DNA of 64,000 nt from Thermoplasmata archaeon (GTDB lineage Archaea; Thermoplasmatota; Thermoplasmata; GCA-020350865), in NCBI GenBank assembly GCA_020348445.1, contig CP070751.1:4844506-4908505 (forward strand), read 5' to 3'. The notes under the pieces were generated by a model. That model was not told where the DNA came from, did not search any database, and worked only from the letters and a program-made list of their open reading frames with translations. This document shows positions 43,472 through 54,258 of the stretch, in pieces (within the stretch, counting starts at the first letter, position 1; each line of letters opens with the position of its first letter). The position numbers and the translations under genes are program-made.

Positions 43472-43695
43472 GGATTCGTTAAATTATTTTAATTTTTTCA
43501 GATTGATAGTAATATTTTTATAGCCATAATGTGTTTAAGGTCACACTGGGGAGGAGTCTAAGGCAATGCGTAAAAAAAGAGGGGCGAGGATAGAAATTCT
43601 ACAAAAGTAACGGACTGATGTTGAGACCTTTTCTCTTCTTTTTGGCGCTCCCTTTTGGCTGAGCCCTAGGAAAAATTGATAGGAGGAAGATGTAA
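43472..43695 (+). promoter_or_regulatory. Upstream motif, TATA box and 5' leader of the 2914-aa surface-protein gene; homologous to 32431-32654
   Basis: GGATTCGTTAAATT (43472-43485), TTTTATAGCCA (43516-43526), TTCTCTTCTTTT (43631-43642), TTTGGCTGA (43654-43662), RBS AGGAGG. Confidence 0.7.
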
Positions 43696-46600
43696 ATGAA
43701 ACCAAAGATAATACTTGCGTTTTTGTGTGTGTTTGTGGTGGCTACTGTTATTGCGGTAGCGGTGAACGTTGGTGTGCAAATAGGGGACACGACACCAAAT
43801 GACTTGGATGGCGGGGGAATGGTAACAAAAGAACAACCTGAGCCTGGTGAAGAACTTCCCGAAATGATGCCCGAAGATGTATCCTCCACCGAAACAGTCG
43901 ATGAAGAAAACCTTCCCGTAAATCCACCTGAAGAAGAACCTAAAAATGAGTTATATTACGATGATTGGATCGTCTCTGAGGAGATAATCATAGAAAACAG
44001 TCGGATAACAGTGGACGGTAACATCGTAGTGACTTCCACTGGCTCTCTGATTCTGAAAAACGTAGAGCTAACATGTCATGACGTCAATATAGAGGCAGGG
44101 GGAAATTTTTGGATTGACCCGAGCGTGGTGATAAGCCATGATGTCTATGTGGGTTCGGGTTCAACACTGACACTGATTGCCACCACATGGATGATGGATT
44201 GCACCTACGATGGACAGTATGGAATACAGGTGAATAGCTCGGCCACCATGATCATAAAAAGTGGAAGCATAATCACAGCTGTGAATCCAGATTATGAATA
44301 CTGGTTTAAGGTGAATAATGGAGCAGTATTCGAAATGCGGGATAGTGAATTGCATGAGTGCGGGTGGCAGTGGCCCCCGGGTGGATTAGAGATAAATACA
44401 CCAAATGTGATTATCGATAATAACTTGATCTCCAACAACTATTATGGTTTCCTTTTGACTTCCGACAATAATTACATCGCAAACAATACAATTACCGATA
44501 ACCAAAGGGGTATGTATGTTTATGGTTCGAATAACAATCTGATTGTGAACAACATAGTTACAAACAACGTTGGCAGAGGTATCAATTTAGGATATTACAG
44601 TGATAACAACCTTATTACTGACAACTGGTGCTCAGGCAATACCATCGGAATTCGCGTGGGTCACTATAATGATAACAACCTCATTACAGATAACACATGC
44701 TTTTCGAATAGCCAGTGGGGTATAAATCTCTATTTATCGGATTCGAATATAATCACGAACAATAATGTATCGAACAATGCAGGGGGCATTGGTCTGGAGT
44801 CCTCGAATAATAACCTAGTATATCATAACAATATCATAGGAAACTCCGTTCAGGCAAATGATGACGCACCAGCAAATAACGATTGGCATGATACCGGTCT
44901 ACTCGAAGGTAACTACTGGTCCGACTATACAGGTGTGGACGATGGCTCAGGAATGGGAAAACATGCAGACCAAGGAGACGGCATCGGTGATACCCTAATT
45001 CCTCATCCTACCACAGATTACGATTTCTATCCCTTGGTCCATTCCTGGGGATCTGTCATAAATATAAATACAGGAGAGATATTTCCTGCTATCCAACCCG
45101 CGATTGATGATTCGAATACCCTTAATGGACACATGATAAAGGTGTATGGTGGAACATACCACGAAAATGTGAAGGTGTATAAAGAGGTATATGTAATTGG
45201 AGAGGGTTGGGATGTAACCACTGTTGAGGCATTTGACCCAAATGACCATGGATTTTATGTCACCGCTGATTTCACTAGAATTGCTGGATTCAAAGTAACT
45301 GGGGCAACTGGAGGATCACCATATTTTGCCTCTGGAATATATTTCGATGATATTGATTTATTCGACTGTATTTATAACAATCTAACAGGAAACCACTATG
45401 GCATTTATGCCGAGGATTGCTACAAAGGCCTGATAGGACACAATAGTGTTTCTCAAAATCACTTTGGGATTTACCCAGCATATAATAATGATCAGAATCT
45501 CATATCACAAAACGTGGCAAATTTCAACACATATTATGGAATAGTATTATGGTCTGGTTCTGATTATAATACCATTAGTCATAACAGTGTTAGATATAAT
45601 GGAGCAGGTGGCATCACTTTAGGATTCAGCGATTGGAACGCTATCTATTCCAATGAAGCTAAGAATAATAAATATGGTATAGAATTCCAGCAGCCAAGTG
45701 ATAATAACACAATAAAGCTTAACACTATTATGTATAATGAACATGGAATTAATTTAAAAGGATCGAGTTCAAATACCATTGAAAAAAATACCATAACGAA
45801 CAACGACTACGGAATCTATCTTAGATTATCGAGTTTATATAACGAGGTTCATTACAACAATATCAATGGTGATGATAACAAATATTATGGCATTTATGCA
45901 AATCCTGATTCACCTGTTAATGCGACCTTAAACTGGTGGGGACATCCCAGCGGTCCATACGACCCCTCAGATGATACAGGATCCGGTGGCTGGTATAATC
46001 CTTTTGGGCTTGGTGACAATGTCTCTGATTATGTTGAATACGATCCTTGGTTGGGTGCACCATTTAATACACTTTATGTCGACGATGACGCTACCGGCTT
46101 TGAGGATGGATCACTTGCGCATCCGTACAACACCATTACCGAGGCAGTGAACAATGCGATGCCAGGGTATAATGTTTTTATTTTTGATGGAACATATTAT
46201 GAGAATGTGGTGATAAATAAGATACTAACATTCTACAGTAACACTGCAGGTATACATTTAAATGGCCATCTGACAATAGTAAGTGGTGGAAGTCTAACAC
46301 TAAAATGCTTTAAACTGATGATGAACTCCACAGTTATGGGTGAGTTCGGGATCTACGTTAACCACGGTGGCAAGTTATTTATTATGGGCTCTCCAGGTAC
46401 ACCTTCGATTATTACCAATGGAGTCAATGCATCAGCATATTATGAGTTCCAGGTAAGAAATGGATCAAAATTCGAGATGTTCGACAGTGAGGTGGAATAT
46501 GCGGGACATGCTTGGAACCTTCCTGAGTACAACGAGGCAGGGCTTTGGATTAATACAGACAATGTTCTTATCCATAATAGCGAGATACACCACAACAATT

Positions 46601-49600
46601 ACCATGGGCTCATACTTTACAACTCCAGTGGCCATCACATTATCAATTGCACCATCCACCACAACTCCTGGAGCGGTATCTGGGGAAGGAATTCACAAAA
46701 TAATCTAATAGATGAAAACACCATTTATAATAATGGATGGGACGGAATTCGCCTTTCAAATGCAGCAGGTTCCGTAATCAATCAAAATACCATTAATTCA
46801 AATGGTGATGATGGTATCGACGTATCATCTGGCACGGTAATAATTGGCAATGTTGTAAATAACGCAGCTGATAATGGAATCGAAGTGAGTAATTCACCAT
46901 TTTCCTTAATCATTGCTAACATCGTGACAAATAGTGGGGATGATGGAATATTAATAAAGAATTCACCGAATAGTATAATATTCGATAATATGGCCAAGTT
47001 CAACGATGTCCCAGTGGATGACGGAACAGGCCTTGTTGTGTTGGATTCTGATAACTGCCAAATAACATATAATATATTGGAAGAGAATTGGCGCGGAATG
47101 TACCTCCAGGACTCGGATTACTGCACAATAAGTAACAATGCTGTAAATTATAATTCCGGGGACCATGGAATCGAACTGTACCAAGCCTACCATAGTACCA
47201 TAACAAATAATACCGCAAACAACAATGGTTACACAGGAATCACCGCACCCACTGTCGATATCATCTATAATAACACGGCAAATGACAACGGCAATGACGG
47301 GATTTCTATAACATCATCCCCCAATATAGAACTACATCATAATACGGTGATAGATAACGGGGATGATGGTATCGCAGTATCATCTTCACATGATATTATA
47401 ATACACAACAATTCAGCATATGACAATGGAGACGATGGGATCGTTGTTTCATCTTCTGAATATGCGATAATTAAGGACAACATGGCCAGTGATAATCATG
47501 GAGATGGCGTGTCAGTATCCTCTTCACAAGGGACTGTTATATATAATGTTATAGCGACTGGTAACGGTCATGTGGGAATCAGAGTAACTCATTCCAAAGA
47601 TAGCAAAATTACAGATAATACGGCAAGCTTTAGCGGACACGGTATATACGTGGGTTCATCATCTGACTGCTTGATAGACAACAACTATGCAAACAACTGT
47701 GGAGACGATGGAATCATCGTAAGTGGTTCTCCAAGGTGTGTAATAAGCAACAACTTTGCCAATCTAAATAACGTAGCATCAGATATCGGAACCGGTTTTG
47801 TGGTTCTATCTTCTGCCGAAACAGAAATAAAATATAATGAAGCGATTCTCAACTATCGTGGGATGTATGTCGAAAACTCCTTAAGTTGTGACATTCACGA
47901 TAATGAGGTGAATGAAAACACCTGGTACGGCGTCCATCTCTATTATTCTGATAACAGCACTATAACCGGTAACAACGTGAGTTTCAATTCAGGGGAATGG
48001 GATTCAGTGGGAGTCTATCTTTCGTATTCTGATGATCCTGTAATTACATCCAACTTAATCTCTTCAAATTGGCATGGATTAAAATTGTGGCACTCCCATG
48101 ATAGTACAATTACACATAATGAAGTGAACATGAACTCGAGATCTGGTATATCTCTGGAGTACAGCGGAAAAGTCAGCACCAATCCACTTATATACGATAA
48201 TACCGCGAATTCAAACGGTGGAAGCGGCATTTCTCTGACACATTCAGATTATGTAGATATTGACTTCAACGTCGCAATGTTCAACTCCCGTGGCATTTCA
48301 CTTACTTCATCAGATCATGTTACAATAACTGACAATACAGCAAACAGCAACGGCTATGGCATATATTTGGGTGGATCAAACCATAACGTGATCTACAATA
48401 ACTATGCTGAAAGGATTGGAGGAGCGGGCACATACGGTATTTATCTGAGATCTTCTAGCAATAACAACATATCACATAATTACGCAAAATACAACTATTT
48501 TGGCATCTCACTTGTATGGTCCAGCAATCATAACACTGTATTACTTAACGATGTGAGATTCTGCATAGATTACGGTGCATATTTGTACAGAGCCCATCAC
48601 AATACATTGGATCAAAATGATTTCGAAACCTCAAACGGAATTGGTGTCTATCTGGAGCAGTCCGACAATAATGACATAACCTACAATAATGTGATGTTTG
48701 CCTCAAATTATGGCATTAGCCTCTTTGAATCAGATTTGAACACGATGTTCAAAAATACAGCAGAATATTGTGATATCGGGATCTCATTAAGATGGTCACA
48801 TTATAATGATATAATAAGTAATTGGGTGGATAATAACAACAACATAGGAGTCGATTTGTGGCTTTCAGACAACAACACGGTAACCGACAACTCAGTTGAT
48901 AATAATCCCAACTATGGGATACATCTATACTCCTCAGACAATAACCTCATCATCGATAACGATGCTAATTCTAACGGAATAGGCATTTATCTGGACTGGT
49001 CAAAGAACAACATCATAGATTCAAATACCGCTACCTTAAATAACCTGATAGGTATAGCAGTGTTCTGGGAAAGTGACGGAAATATAATCATCGATAACAA
49101 CGCGAACTTTAACGTGAACGAAAGCATCCGTATTTCCTATTCGGATAACAATCTTGTAGAGGACAACCAGGCATCCGGAAGCATCATCGGAATACATCTA
49201 GACTGGTCGGATAATAATATTGTCCAGTACAACAACGCAGATAATAATGTCGTGGGCATCCGTTGCGAATGGTTCAGCGACAATAATGTGATAGAGGACA
49301 ATTCGGCCACTGGTGGTGTTATTGGAATTTCTCTGGAATGGTCCTCTTTAAATGATGTCATTGGCAATGATGCTAGCTACAACAATGTAAGTATAATGCT
49401 GGAATGGTACAGTGACATCAATACTATCCTCGATAATATCGCTTGCTACAGTGATTTCGGTATCTATCTTGATTGGTACTGTGATAATAACTCGATCTTG
49501 TACAACAATGCCAGTTATAATGTCCTAAACGGGATCACTTTGGAAAAATCCGAATATAATTTCGTGGATAACAATACGATCATTAGCAATGATATCGGAT

Positions 49601-52440
49601 TAAAGTTGACTTCCGGCCATAATAATATTATCGGTTTCAATTTTTTCATGCTAAACAACATAGCCATCTTCCTAGACCCATCAAATTACAATATTCTCTA
49701 TGACAATATGGTTGTAAACAATCTAGTGGGCATAAATGTAGAGGAATCTGTGGGTAATTTGATATATCGCAACAATTTCAAAGACAATGTTGACCAAGCA
49801 TGTTGCGAGCCCGACTGCGGTTGTGCTGATAATGATAACTTCTGGCATCACCCCGATCTGCTGGAAGGCAATTACTGGTCTGATTATCCAGGTGCTGACG
49901 ACGGAAGCGGTACAGGGAAACATGCAATTGCAGGTGACGCAATAGGCGACACCGATTTACCGTGGGGATGCTATGACGACTATCCATTCGTGATAGAAAA
50001 CGCATGGATAGGAGGAATAGAGCATGCGCCTTTTGCCAGTGCAAATGGTCCATATTCCGTGGACGAAGGTTCGCCTGTTAATTTCGATGCATCAGATTCT
50101 TACGACCTCGACGGCGATCCACTAGAATACAGATGGGATATGGATGGTGATGGCATATGGGATACCCCATGGAGTACCAGTCCCTACGCAACGTACACTT
50201 GGTACGACGATTATACTGGGATTGCTATAGTTGAGGTAACCGATGGTACATATTCAGATACTCACTCTACCAATGTCATCGTGAACAATGTCGCACCTAC
50301 AGCAGATTTTGGGAATAATGGGCCAAAGGATGAGGGGAGCACGGTGACAGTATCGTTCACCAACCAGTACGATCCCGGTCTTTTCGATACGGTCTTCACG
50401 TACTCATTCGACTGGGAAAATGATGGCACATATGATATTGTAGACCAGACAGGTTCCTCAGCCACGCATACCTGGAACGACAACGGGATCTTCACCGTGA
50501 AAGGAAAAATCATGGACAAGGACGGTGGATATACCGAATACACCACCGATGTCACCGTGAACAATGTTGCACCAACCGTAGATGCGGGTTCTGATCAAGC
50601 TGCAGACGAAGGAGACACTGTTTCATTCTCAGGCACATTCACAGATCCCGGCTCTGAGGATACACATACCATAGAATGGGATTACAACTATGACGGAATA
50701 ACATTTACAGTGGATGATTCCGGTTCCTTAACAACAAGTACCGTGTTTGCTGATAACGGTGTTTTCATTGTGGCATTGAGGGTAACAGACGATGATGGTG
50801 ATGAAGGATTGGACACCCTCACAGTCACGGTGAGCAATGTTCCACCTATTGCAATTGCTGAGGTTTCGCAATACGTTGTTGATGAAGGCACTCCTTTGAA
50901 TTTCTATGGAAGCCAAATTGATCCCGGAGCTGACACGTTCACATATCTTTGGGAGTTTGGTGATGGCGGCAGTAGCACCGATCAAAATCCAACGTATGTG
51001 TATATGGATAACGGTGTGTATACTGTCGATTTCACAGTAACAGACGATGATGGTGATTCAGGCACCACGACATTAACGATATACGTAATTGACCAAGCAC
51101 CAATAGCTGATGCAGGTCCAGACAGAACAGTAACCATAGTTGATGTAGTGACCTTCGATGCCTCTGGATCTTCGAGCTATCCAGATCCTTTGACATTATA
51201 TGCGTGGGACTACGACGGCGATGGGGAGTTTGATGCCACTGGACTTGTGGTGACGCATACCTTTGATAAAGTAGGTATATATACCGTGATTCTAACTGTC
51301 ACCGATGATGACGGAAGCATGGATACAGATACCGCGATAATCACGGTGCTTGCCCCAGGAGTGGACCTACTTCCAAGCGAGGTCACATTTTCACCAGAAA
51401 GTCCGGTAGATATAGGAGTTTCAGTGACAATTTCTGCAGATATCACGAATTTCGGTGCAACCGATGCTGCCAGTGTAATCGTAAGATTCTACGACGGAAA
51501 TCCTGATGAGAATGGGGACGGCAGCCCTGATACCGGAGCTGTTCAAATAGGAAGCGATATCGTATTTTCCAGCATCGCATCAGAAGAGACTGTTTTCGCT
51601 TCTGTAACATGGACTTCGACGCTAGGTTATCATGATATCTATGTTTGGGCAGATCCCGACAATTATGTTCCTGAATACGATGATACAAACAACCAGGCAT
51701 TTGATATGATCCTTGTAGGGCCAGATCTTGTTCCCAGCAACCTGGTATTTTCACCGGAAAGTCCAGTAGGTGAGGGAGATACAGTCACAATTTCCGTGGA
51801 TATCACAAATGAAGGAGGTACCACAGTCACCAATGTTCTCGTTCGATTCTACGAAGAATATCCGGATGCAAACGACGACGGTTTCGAGGATCCAAGTGCC
51901 GATCAGATAGGTGATGTAATAATACCAAGCCTTGGCCCAGGAGCCACGACCACAGTTACAATGACATGGATTCCATCTAGCATAGGCACATATGAAATCT
52001 CAGTATGGGTGGACCCAGCAATCCAGCCAGATCATAATGGAGCGATATTGGAAGCAATAGAAACGAACAACATCGCATCGGAAGTAATGAACGTCGGACC
52101 CGATCTCTCAATCGTATTCACAGACATTTCATTCTCAGATAATCCAGCTTCAGAAGGGACCATTGTCACGATAACGGCAGTAATCCACAACGATGGTGGA
52201 CAGGATGCAAATGATGTTGTGGTCAACATTTATGACAATGAGAAAAAGAAGAAGAACCTGATTGGCAGCATCACCATATCCACTATACCTGCAGGTGATT
52301 CATATACAGTGACCATCACGTTCGATACTACCGGGGAAGCTGGATATCACAATATTTGGGTGGTAATAGATCCCAAGGACGATATCGAAGAGTACGACGA
52401 AACCAATAACGAAGCTTACAATGTGTTGAACGTTGTATAA
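43696..52440 (+). CDS. Large secreted/surface protein: NosD/CASH-type right-handed beta-helix repeats, about 5 PKD domains, 3 CARDB domains
   Basis: N-terminal hydrophobic segment; many N..GI.L..S..N.I..N repeats (~44400-49800); PKD-type units such as APIADAGPD..V.FDAS (~50030-51350); three DL.P..L.FSPESP-type CARDB units. Confidence 0.9.
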   Translation: MKPKIILAFLCVFVVATVIAVAVNVGVQIGDTTPNDLDGGGMVTKEQPEPGEELPEMMPEDVSSTETVDEENLPVNPPEEEPKNELYYDDWIVSEEIIIENSRITVDGNIVVTSTGSLILKNVELTCHDVNIEAGGNFWIDPSVVISHDVYVGSGSTLTLIATTWMMDCTYDGQYGIQVNSSATMIIKSGSIITAVNPDYEYWFKVNNGAVFEMRDSELHECGWQWPPGGLEINTPNVIIDNNLISNNYYGFLLTSDNNYIANNTITDNQRGMYVYGSNNNLIVNNIVTNNVGRGINLGYYSDNNLITDNWCSGNTIGIRVGHYNDNNLITDNTCFSNSQWGINLYLSDSNIITNNNVSNNAGGIGLESSNNNLVYHNNIIGNSVQANDDAPANNDWHDTGLLEGNYWSDYTGVDDGSGMGKHADQGDGIGDTLIPHPTTDYDFYPLVHSWGSVININTGEIFPAIQPAIDDSNTLNGHMIKVYGGTYHENVKVYKEVYVIGEGWDVTTVEAFDPNDHGFYVTADFTRIAGFKVTGATGGSPYFASGIYFDDIDLFDCIYNNLTGNHYGIYAEDCYKGLIGHNSVSQNHFGIYPAYNNDQNLISQNVANFNTYYGIVLWSGSDYNTISHNSVRYNGAGGITLGFSDWNAIYSNEAKNNKYGIEFQQPSDNNTIKLNTIMYNEHGINLKGSSSNTIEKNTITNNDYGIYLRLSSLYNEVHYNNINGDDNKYYGIYANPDSPVNATLNWWGHPSGPYDPSDDTGSGGWYNPFGLGDNVSDYVEYDPWLGAPFNTLYVDDDATGFEDGSLAHPYNTITEAVNNAMPGYNVFIFDGTYYENVVINKILTFYSNTAGIHLNGHLTIVSGGSLTLKCFKLMMNSTVMGEFGIYVNHGGKLFIMGSPGTPSIITNGVNASAYYEFQVRNGSKFEMFDSEVEYAGHAWNLPEYNEAGLWINTDNVLIHNSEIHHNNYHGLILYNSSGHHIINCTIHHNSWSGIWGRNSQNNLIDENTIYNNGWDGIRLSNAAGSVINQNTINSNGDDGIDVSSGTVIIGNVVNNAADNGIEVSNSPFSLIIANIVTNSGDDGILIKNSPNSIIFDNMAKFNDVPVDDGTGLVVLDSDNCQITYNILEENWRGMYLQDSDYCTISNNAVNYNSGDHGIELYQAYHSTITNNTANNNGYTGITAPTVDIIYNNTANDNGNDGISITSSPNIELHHNTVIDNGDDGIAVSSSHDIIIHNNSAYDNGDDGIVVSSSEYAIIKDNMASDNHGDGVSVSSSQGTVIYNVIATGNGHVGIRVTHSKDSKITDNTASFSGHGIYVGSSSDCLIDNNYANNCGDDGIIVSGSPRCVISNNFANLNNVASDIGTGFVVLSSAETEIKYNEAILNYRGMYVENSLSCDIHDNEVNENTWYGVHLYYSDNSTITGNNVSFNSGEWDSVGVYLSYSDDPVITSNLISSNWHGLKLWHSHDSTITHNEVNMNSRSGISLEYSGKVSTNPLIYDNTANSNGGSGISLTHSDYVDIDFNVAMFNSRGISLTSSDHVTITDNTANSNGYGIYLGGSNHNVIYNNYAERIGGAGTYGIYLRSSSNNNISHNYAKYNYFGISLVWSSNHNTVLLNDVRFCIDYGAYLYRAHHNTLDQNDFETSNGIGVYLEQSDNNDITYNNVMFASNYGISLFESDLNTMFKNTAEYCDIGISLRWSHYNDIISNWVDNNNNIGVDLWLSDNNTVTDNSVDNNPNYGIHLYSSDNNLIIDNDANSNGIGIYLDWSKNNIIDSNTATLNNLIGIAVFWESDGNIIIDNNANFNVNESIRISYSDNNLVEDNQASGSIIGIHLDWSDNNIVQYNNADNNVVGIRCEWFSDNNVIEDNSATGGVIGISLEWSSLNDVIGNDASYNNVSIMLEWYSDINTILDNIACYSDFGIYLDWYCDNNSILYNNASYNVLNGITLEKSEYNFVDNNTIISNDIGLKLTSGHNNIIGFNFFMLNNIAIFLDPSNYNILYDNMVVNNLVGINVEESVGNLIYRNNFKDNVDQACCEPDCGCADNDNFWHHPDLLEGNYWSDYPGADDGSGTGKHAIAGDAIGDTDLPWGCYDDYPFVIENAWIGGIEHAPFASANGPYSVDEGSPVNFDASDSYDLDGDPLEYRWDMDGDGIWDTPWSTSPYATYTWYDDYTGIAIVEVTDGTYSDTHSTNVIVNNVAPTADFGNNGPKDEGSTVTVSFTNQYDPGLFDTVFTYSFDWENDGTYDIVDQTGSSATHTWNDNGIFTVKGKIMDKDGGYTEYTTDVTVNNVAPTVDAGSDQAADEGDTVSFSGTFTDPGSEDTHTIEWDYNYDGITFTVDDSGSLTTSTVFADNGVFIVALRVTDDDGDEGLDTLTVTVSNVPPIAIAEVSQYVVDEGTPLNFYGSQIDPGADTFTYLWEFGDGGSSTDQNPTYVYMDNGVYTVDFTVTDDDGDSGTTTLTIYVIDQAPIADAGPDRTVTIVDVVTFDASGSSSYPDPLTLYAWDYDGDGEFDATGLVVTHTFDKVGIYTVILTVTDDDGSMDTDTAIITVLAPGVDLLPSEVTFSPESPVDIGVSVTISADITNFGATDAASVIVRFYDGNPDENGDGSPDTGAVQIGSDIVFSSIASEETVFASVTWTSTLGYHDIYVWADPDNYVPEYDDTNNQAFDMILVGPDLVPSNLVFSPESPVGEGDTVTISVDITNEGGTTVTNVLVRFYEEYPDANDDGFEDPSADQIGDVIIPSLGPGATTTVTMTWIPSSIGTYEISVWVDPAIQPDHNGAILEAIETNNIASEVMNVGPDLSIVFTDISFSDNPASEGTIVTITAVIHNDGGQDANDVVVNIYDNEKKKKNLIGSITISTIPAGDSYTVTITFDTTGEAGYHNIWVVIDPKDDIEEYDETNNEAYNVLNVV

Positions 52441-52548
52441 TATAACTGAGAAACAGTTGATAGGAATAACCGAAGACTGGTGTAGCATCTGCTTTATCGA
52501 CAAAAATTTAATATGCACCCACCACCTTTGGGAACCCTGGGATGAACC

Positions 52549-53202
52549 ATGGTGAAAATCGCTCCTTCAATTTTATCTGCAGATTTCGGGAATCTAGCCT
52601 CCGCTTTGAAAGAAGCTGAGCAGGGAGGTGCAGACATGATCCACATCGACGTTATGGACGGCAATTTTGTTTCCAATATAACCATTGGACCAGTTGTAAT
52701 CGCGGGTGTTAGGAATGTGACAAAACTGCCTTTTGATGTACATCTTATGATCAACAATCCAGAAAAATACATTTCTGACTATGTAAAAGCTGGAAGTGAC
52801 ATTCTAACTGTTCATGCCGAGGCTTCAGACCACCTCCATGGCGTGATCCAGAAAATAAAGAAACAGGATATCAAAGCAGGAGTGGCATTGAATCCCTCCA
52901 CACCTATTAGCGTATTAGAGAATGTTATGGGGGACATCGACATGGTGGTCATAATGACCGTGAACCCAGGTTTCGGTGGTCAGAAATTCATTGAATCCAT
53001 TGTTCCCAAGATAAGGGATACAAAGGAAGCAATAAAAAAGAGCGGATTTAATATCGAATTACAAGTGGATGGCGGAATCTCCCCGAAAAATGCCAAGATA
53101 GCAGCAGATGCCGGAGCAGATATTCTCGTGGCTGGCAGTGCTATATTCAAGGGGGAAGGGACCATAAAGGAGAATATAGCCGCGATTAAGGGTGCATTAT
53201 AA
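52549..53202 (+). CDS. rpe: Ribulose-phosphate 3-epimerase
   Basis: IAPSILSADF, HIDVMDG, FDVHLMI, MTVNPGFGGQ, VDGG, VAGSAIF. Confidence 0.97.
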   Translation: MVKIAPSILSADFGNLASALKEAEQGGADMIHIDVMDGNFVSNITIGPVVIAGVRNVTKLPFDVHLMINNPEKYISDYVKAGSDILTVHAEASDHLHGVIQKIKKQDIKAGVALNPSTPISVLENVMGDIDMVVIMTVNPGFGGQKFIESIVPKIRDTKEAIKKSGFNIELQVDGGISPKNAKIAADAGADILVAGSAIFKGEGTIKENIAAIKGAL

Positions 53203-53229
53203 GGATATCATGTTTTTGGATAAATTCTC

Positions 53230-54255
53230 CTAAATGATCTCGTCGAACTTATAGTCCTCCCATTTTGCCTCCCCTAAGACAATTCTCAACTCCTGCGGTG
53301 TTAGCATTGGAGCCTCGTACATCAAATAATCATCAATTGCGATCCTAGGGCATGCAGTTGACACGTAGGCATCGATTTTAAAAGGTTTCAAGTGTATGGG
53401 TGAGAATTGGTTCAAAATCAGAATATACCCCTTCTTTTGGTGTTTTTCCAATAACTTTTTCAGTTCATATGCCATTTCTAATCGGGTTTGACCAGGTTTT
53501 GTACCAACAAGGATTCCATAACTACTTGCATCCTTTGCCCTGGCAATTGCTCCATGTCTCTGTCTTAAAAATCTCTCAATTAAGGACCCGGTTTCCCTCA
53601 CCTCGTTTTGATATGGATCAGCTATGAAAACAGGTTTTTTAGTGACTATTGCCACTCCCAAAGCATGAAAATTCCCGCTACCGATAAATAGATAACAATC
53701 AATCAGAGAAGAAATCGTGGTTGCACTTGAAATATCGCATCCCAAAACCTGACCATTGTTTTCGGATCTAAAGGAGCCCTTACCGATTCTTGTAGAAAAA
53801 CCGTTTTTGGTAAGAAAATTCTTGACCTCTTGGAGCTTGTGAATATGTTGAACTGTGCTTATTATGCCAACCGTACCATTAAGATGTTTCATAGCCTTTT
53901 TAACGATTGGTATAACATCCAAGTCTGATTGGGCCTCTATGAACATTGTGGGAACAGAACATGTTATATTCGGAATGTTAGAATGACCGAACTGCACAAG
54001 AAGATCAATTTTAAGATCACTTAGTGATAAAGGGATATCGCATGCTCCAAAGCAAGGATCAGCAGATATAATAACGGTGGCATCTGTTCTTTCCTCAATT
54101 ATATCCCTGACATCTGTTGCAATTTTTTTCAGTCCCTCAGGAAACTGGATGAGGATGATTTTATACCGATTCTCCATTACAGTATCGAAAATTTCTTGGA
54201 GTCTGAGATCGTAATCAAACTTCTTTGTATCATGCGATTTTGAGTTGCCTATCAT
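53230..54255 (-). CDS. dph2: Diphthamide biosynthesis enzyme Dph2
   Basis: IQFPEGLK, FGACD, VQFGHS, GQVLGCD, GTKPGQ, ACPRIAIDD. Confidence 0.95.
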   Translation of the reverse strand: MIGNSKSHDTKKFDYDLRLQEIFDTVMENRYKIILIQFPEGLKKIATDVRDIIEERTDATVIISADPCFGACDIPLSLSDLKIDLLVQFGHSNIPNITCSVPTMFIEAQSDLDVIPIVKKAMKHLNGTVGIISTVQHIHKLQEVKNFLTKNGFSTRIGKGSFRSENNGQVLGCDISSATTISSLIDCYLFIGSGNFHALGVAIVTKKPVFIADPYQNEVRETGSLIERFLRQRHGAIARAKDASSYGILVGTKPGQTRLEMAYELKKLLEKHQKKGYILILNQFSPIHLKPFKIDAYVSTACPRIAIDDYLMYEAPMLTPQELRIVLGEAKWEDYKFDEII

Positions 54256-54258
54256 ATA

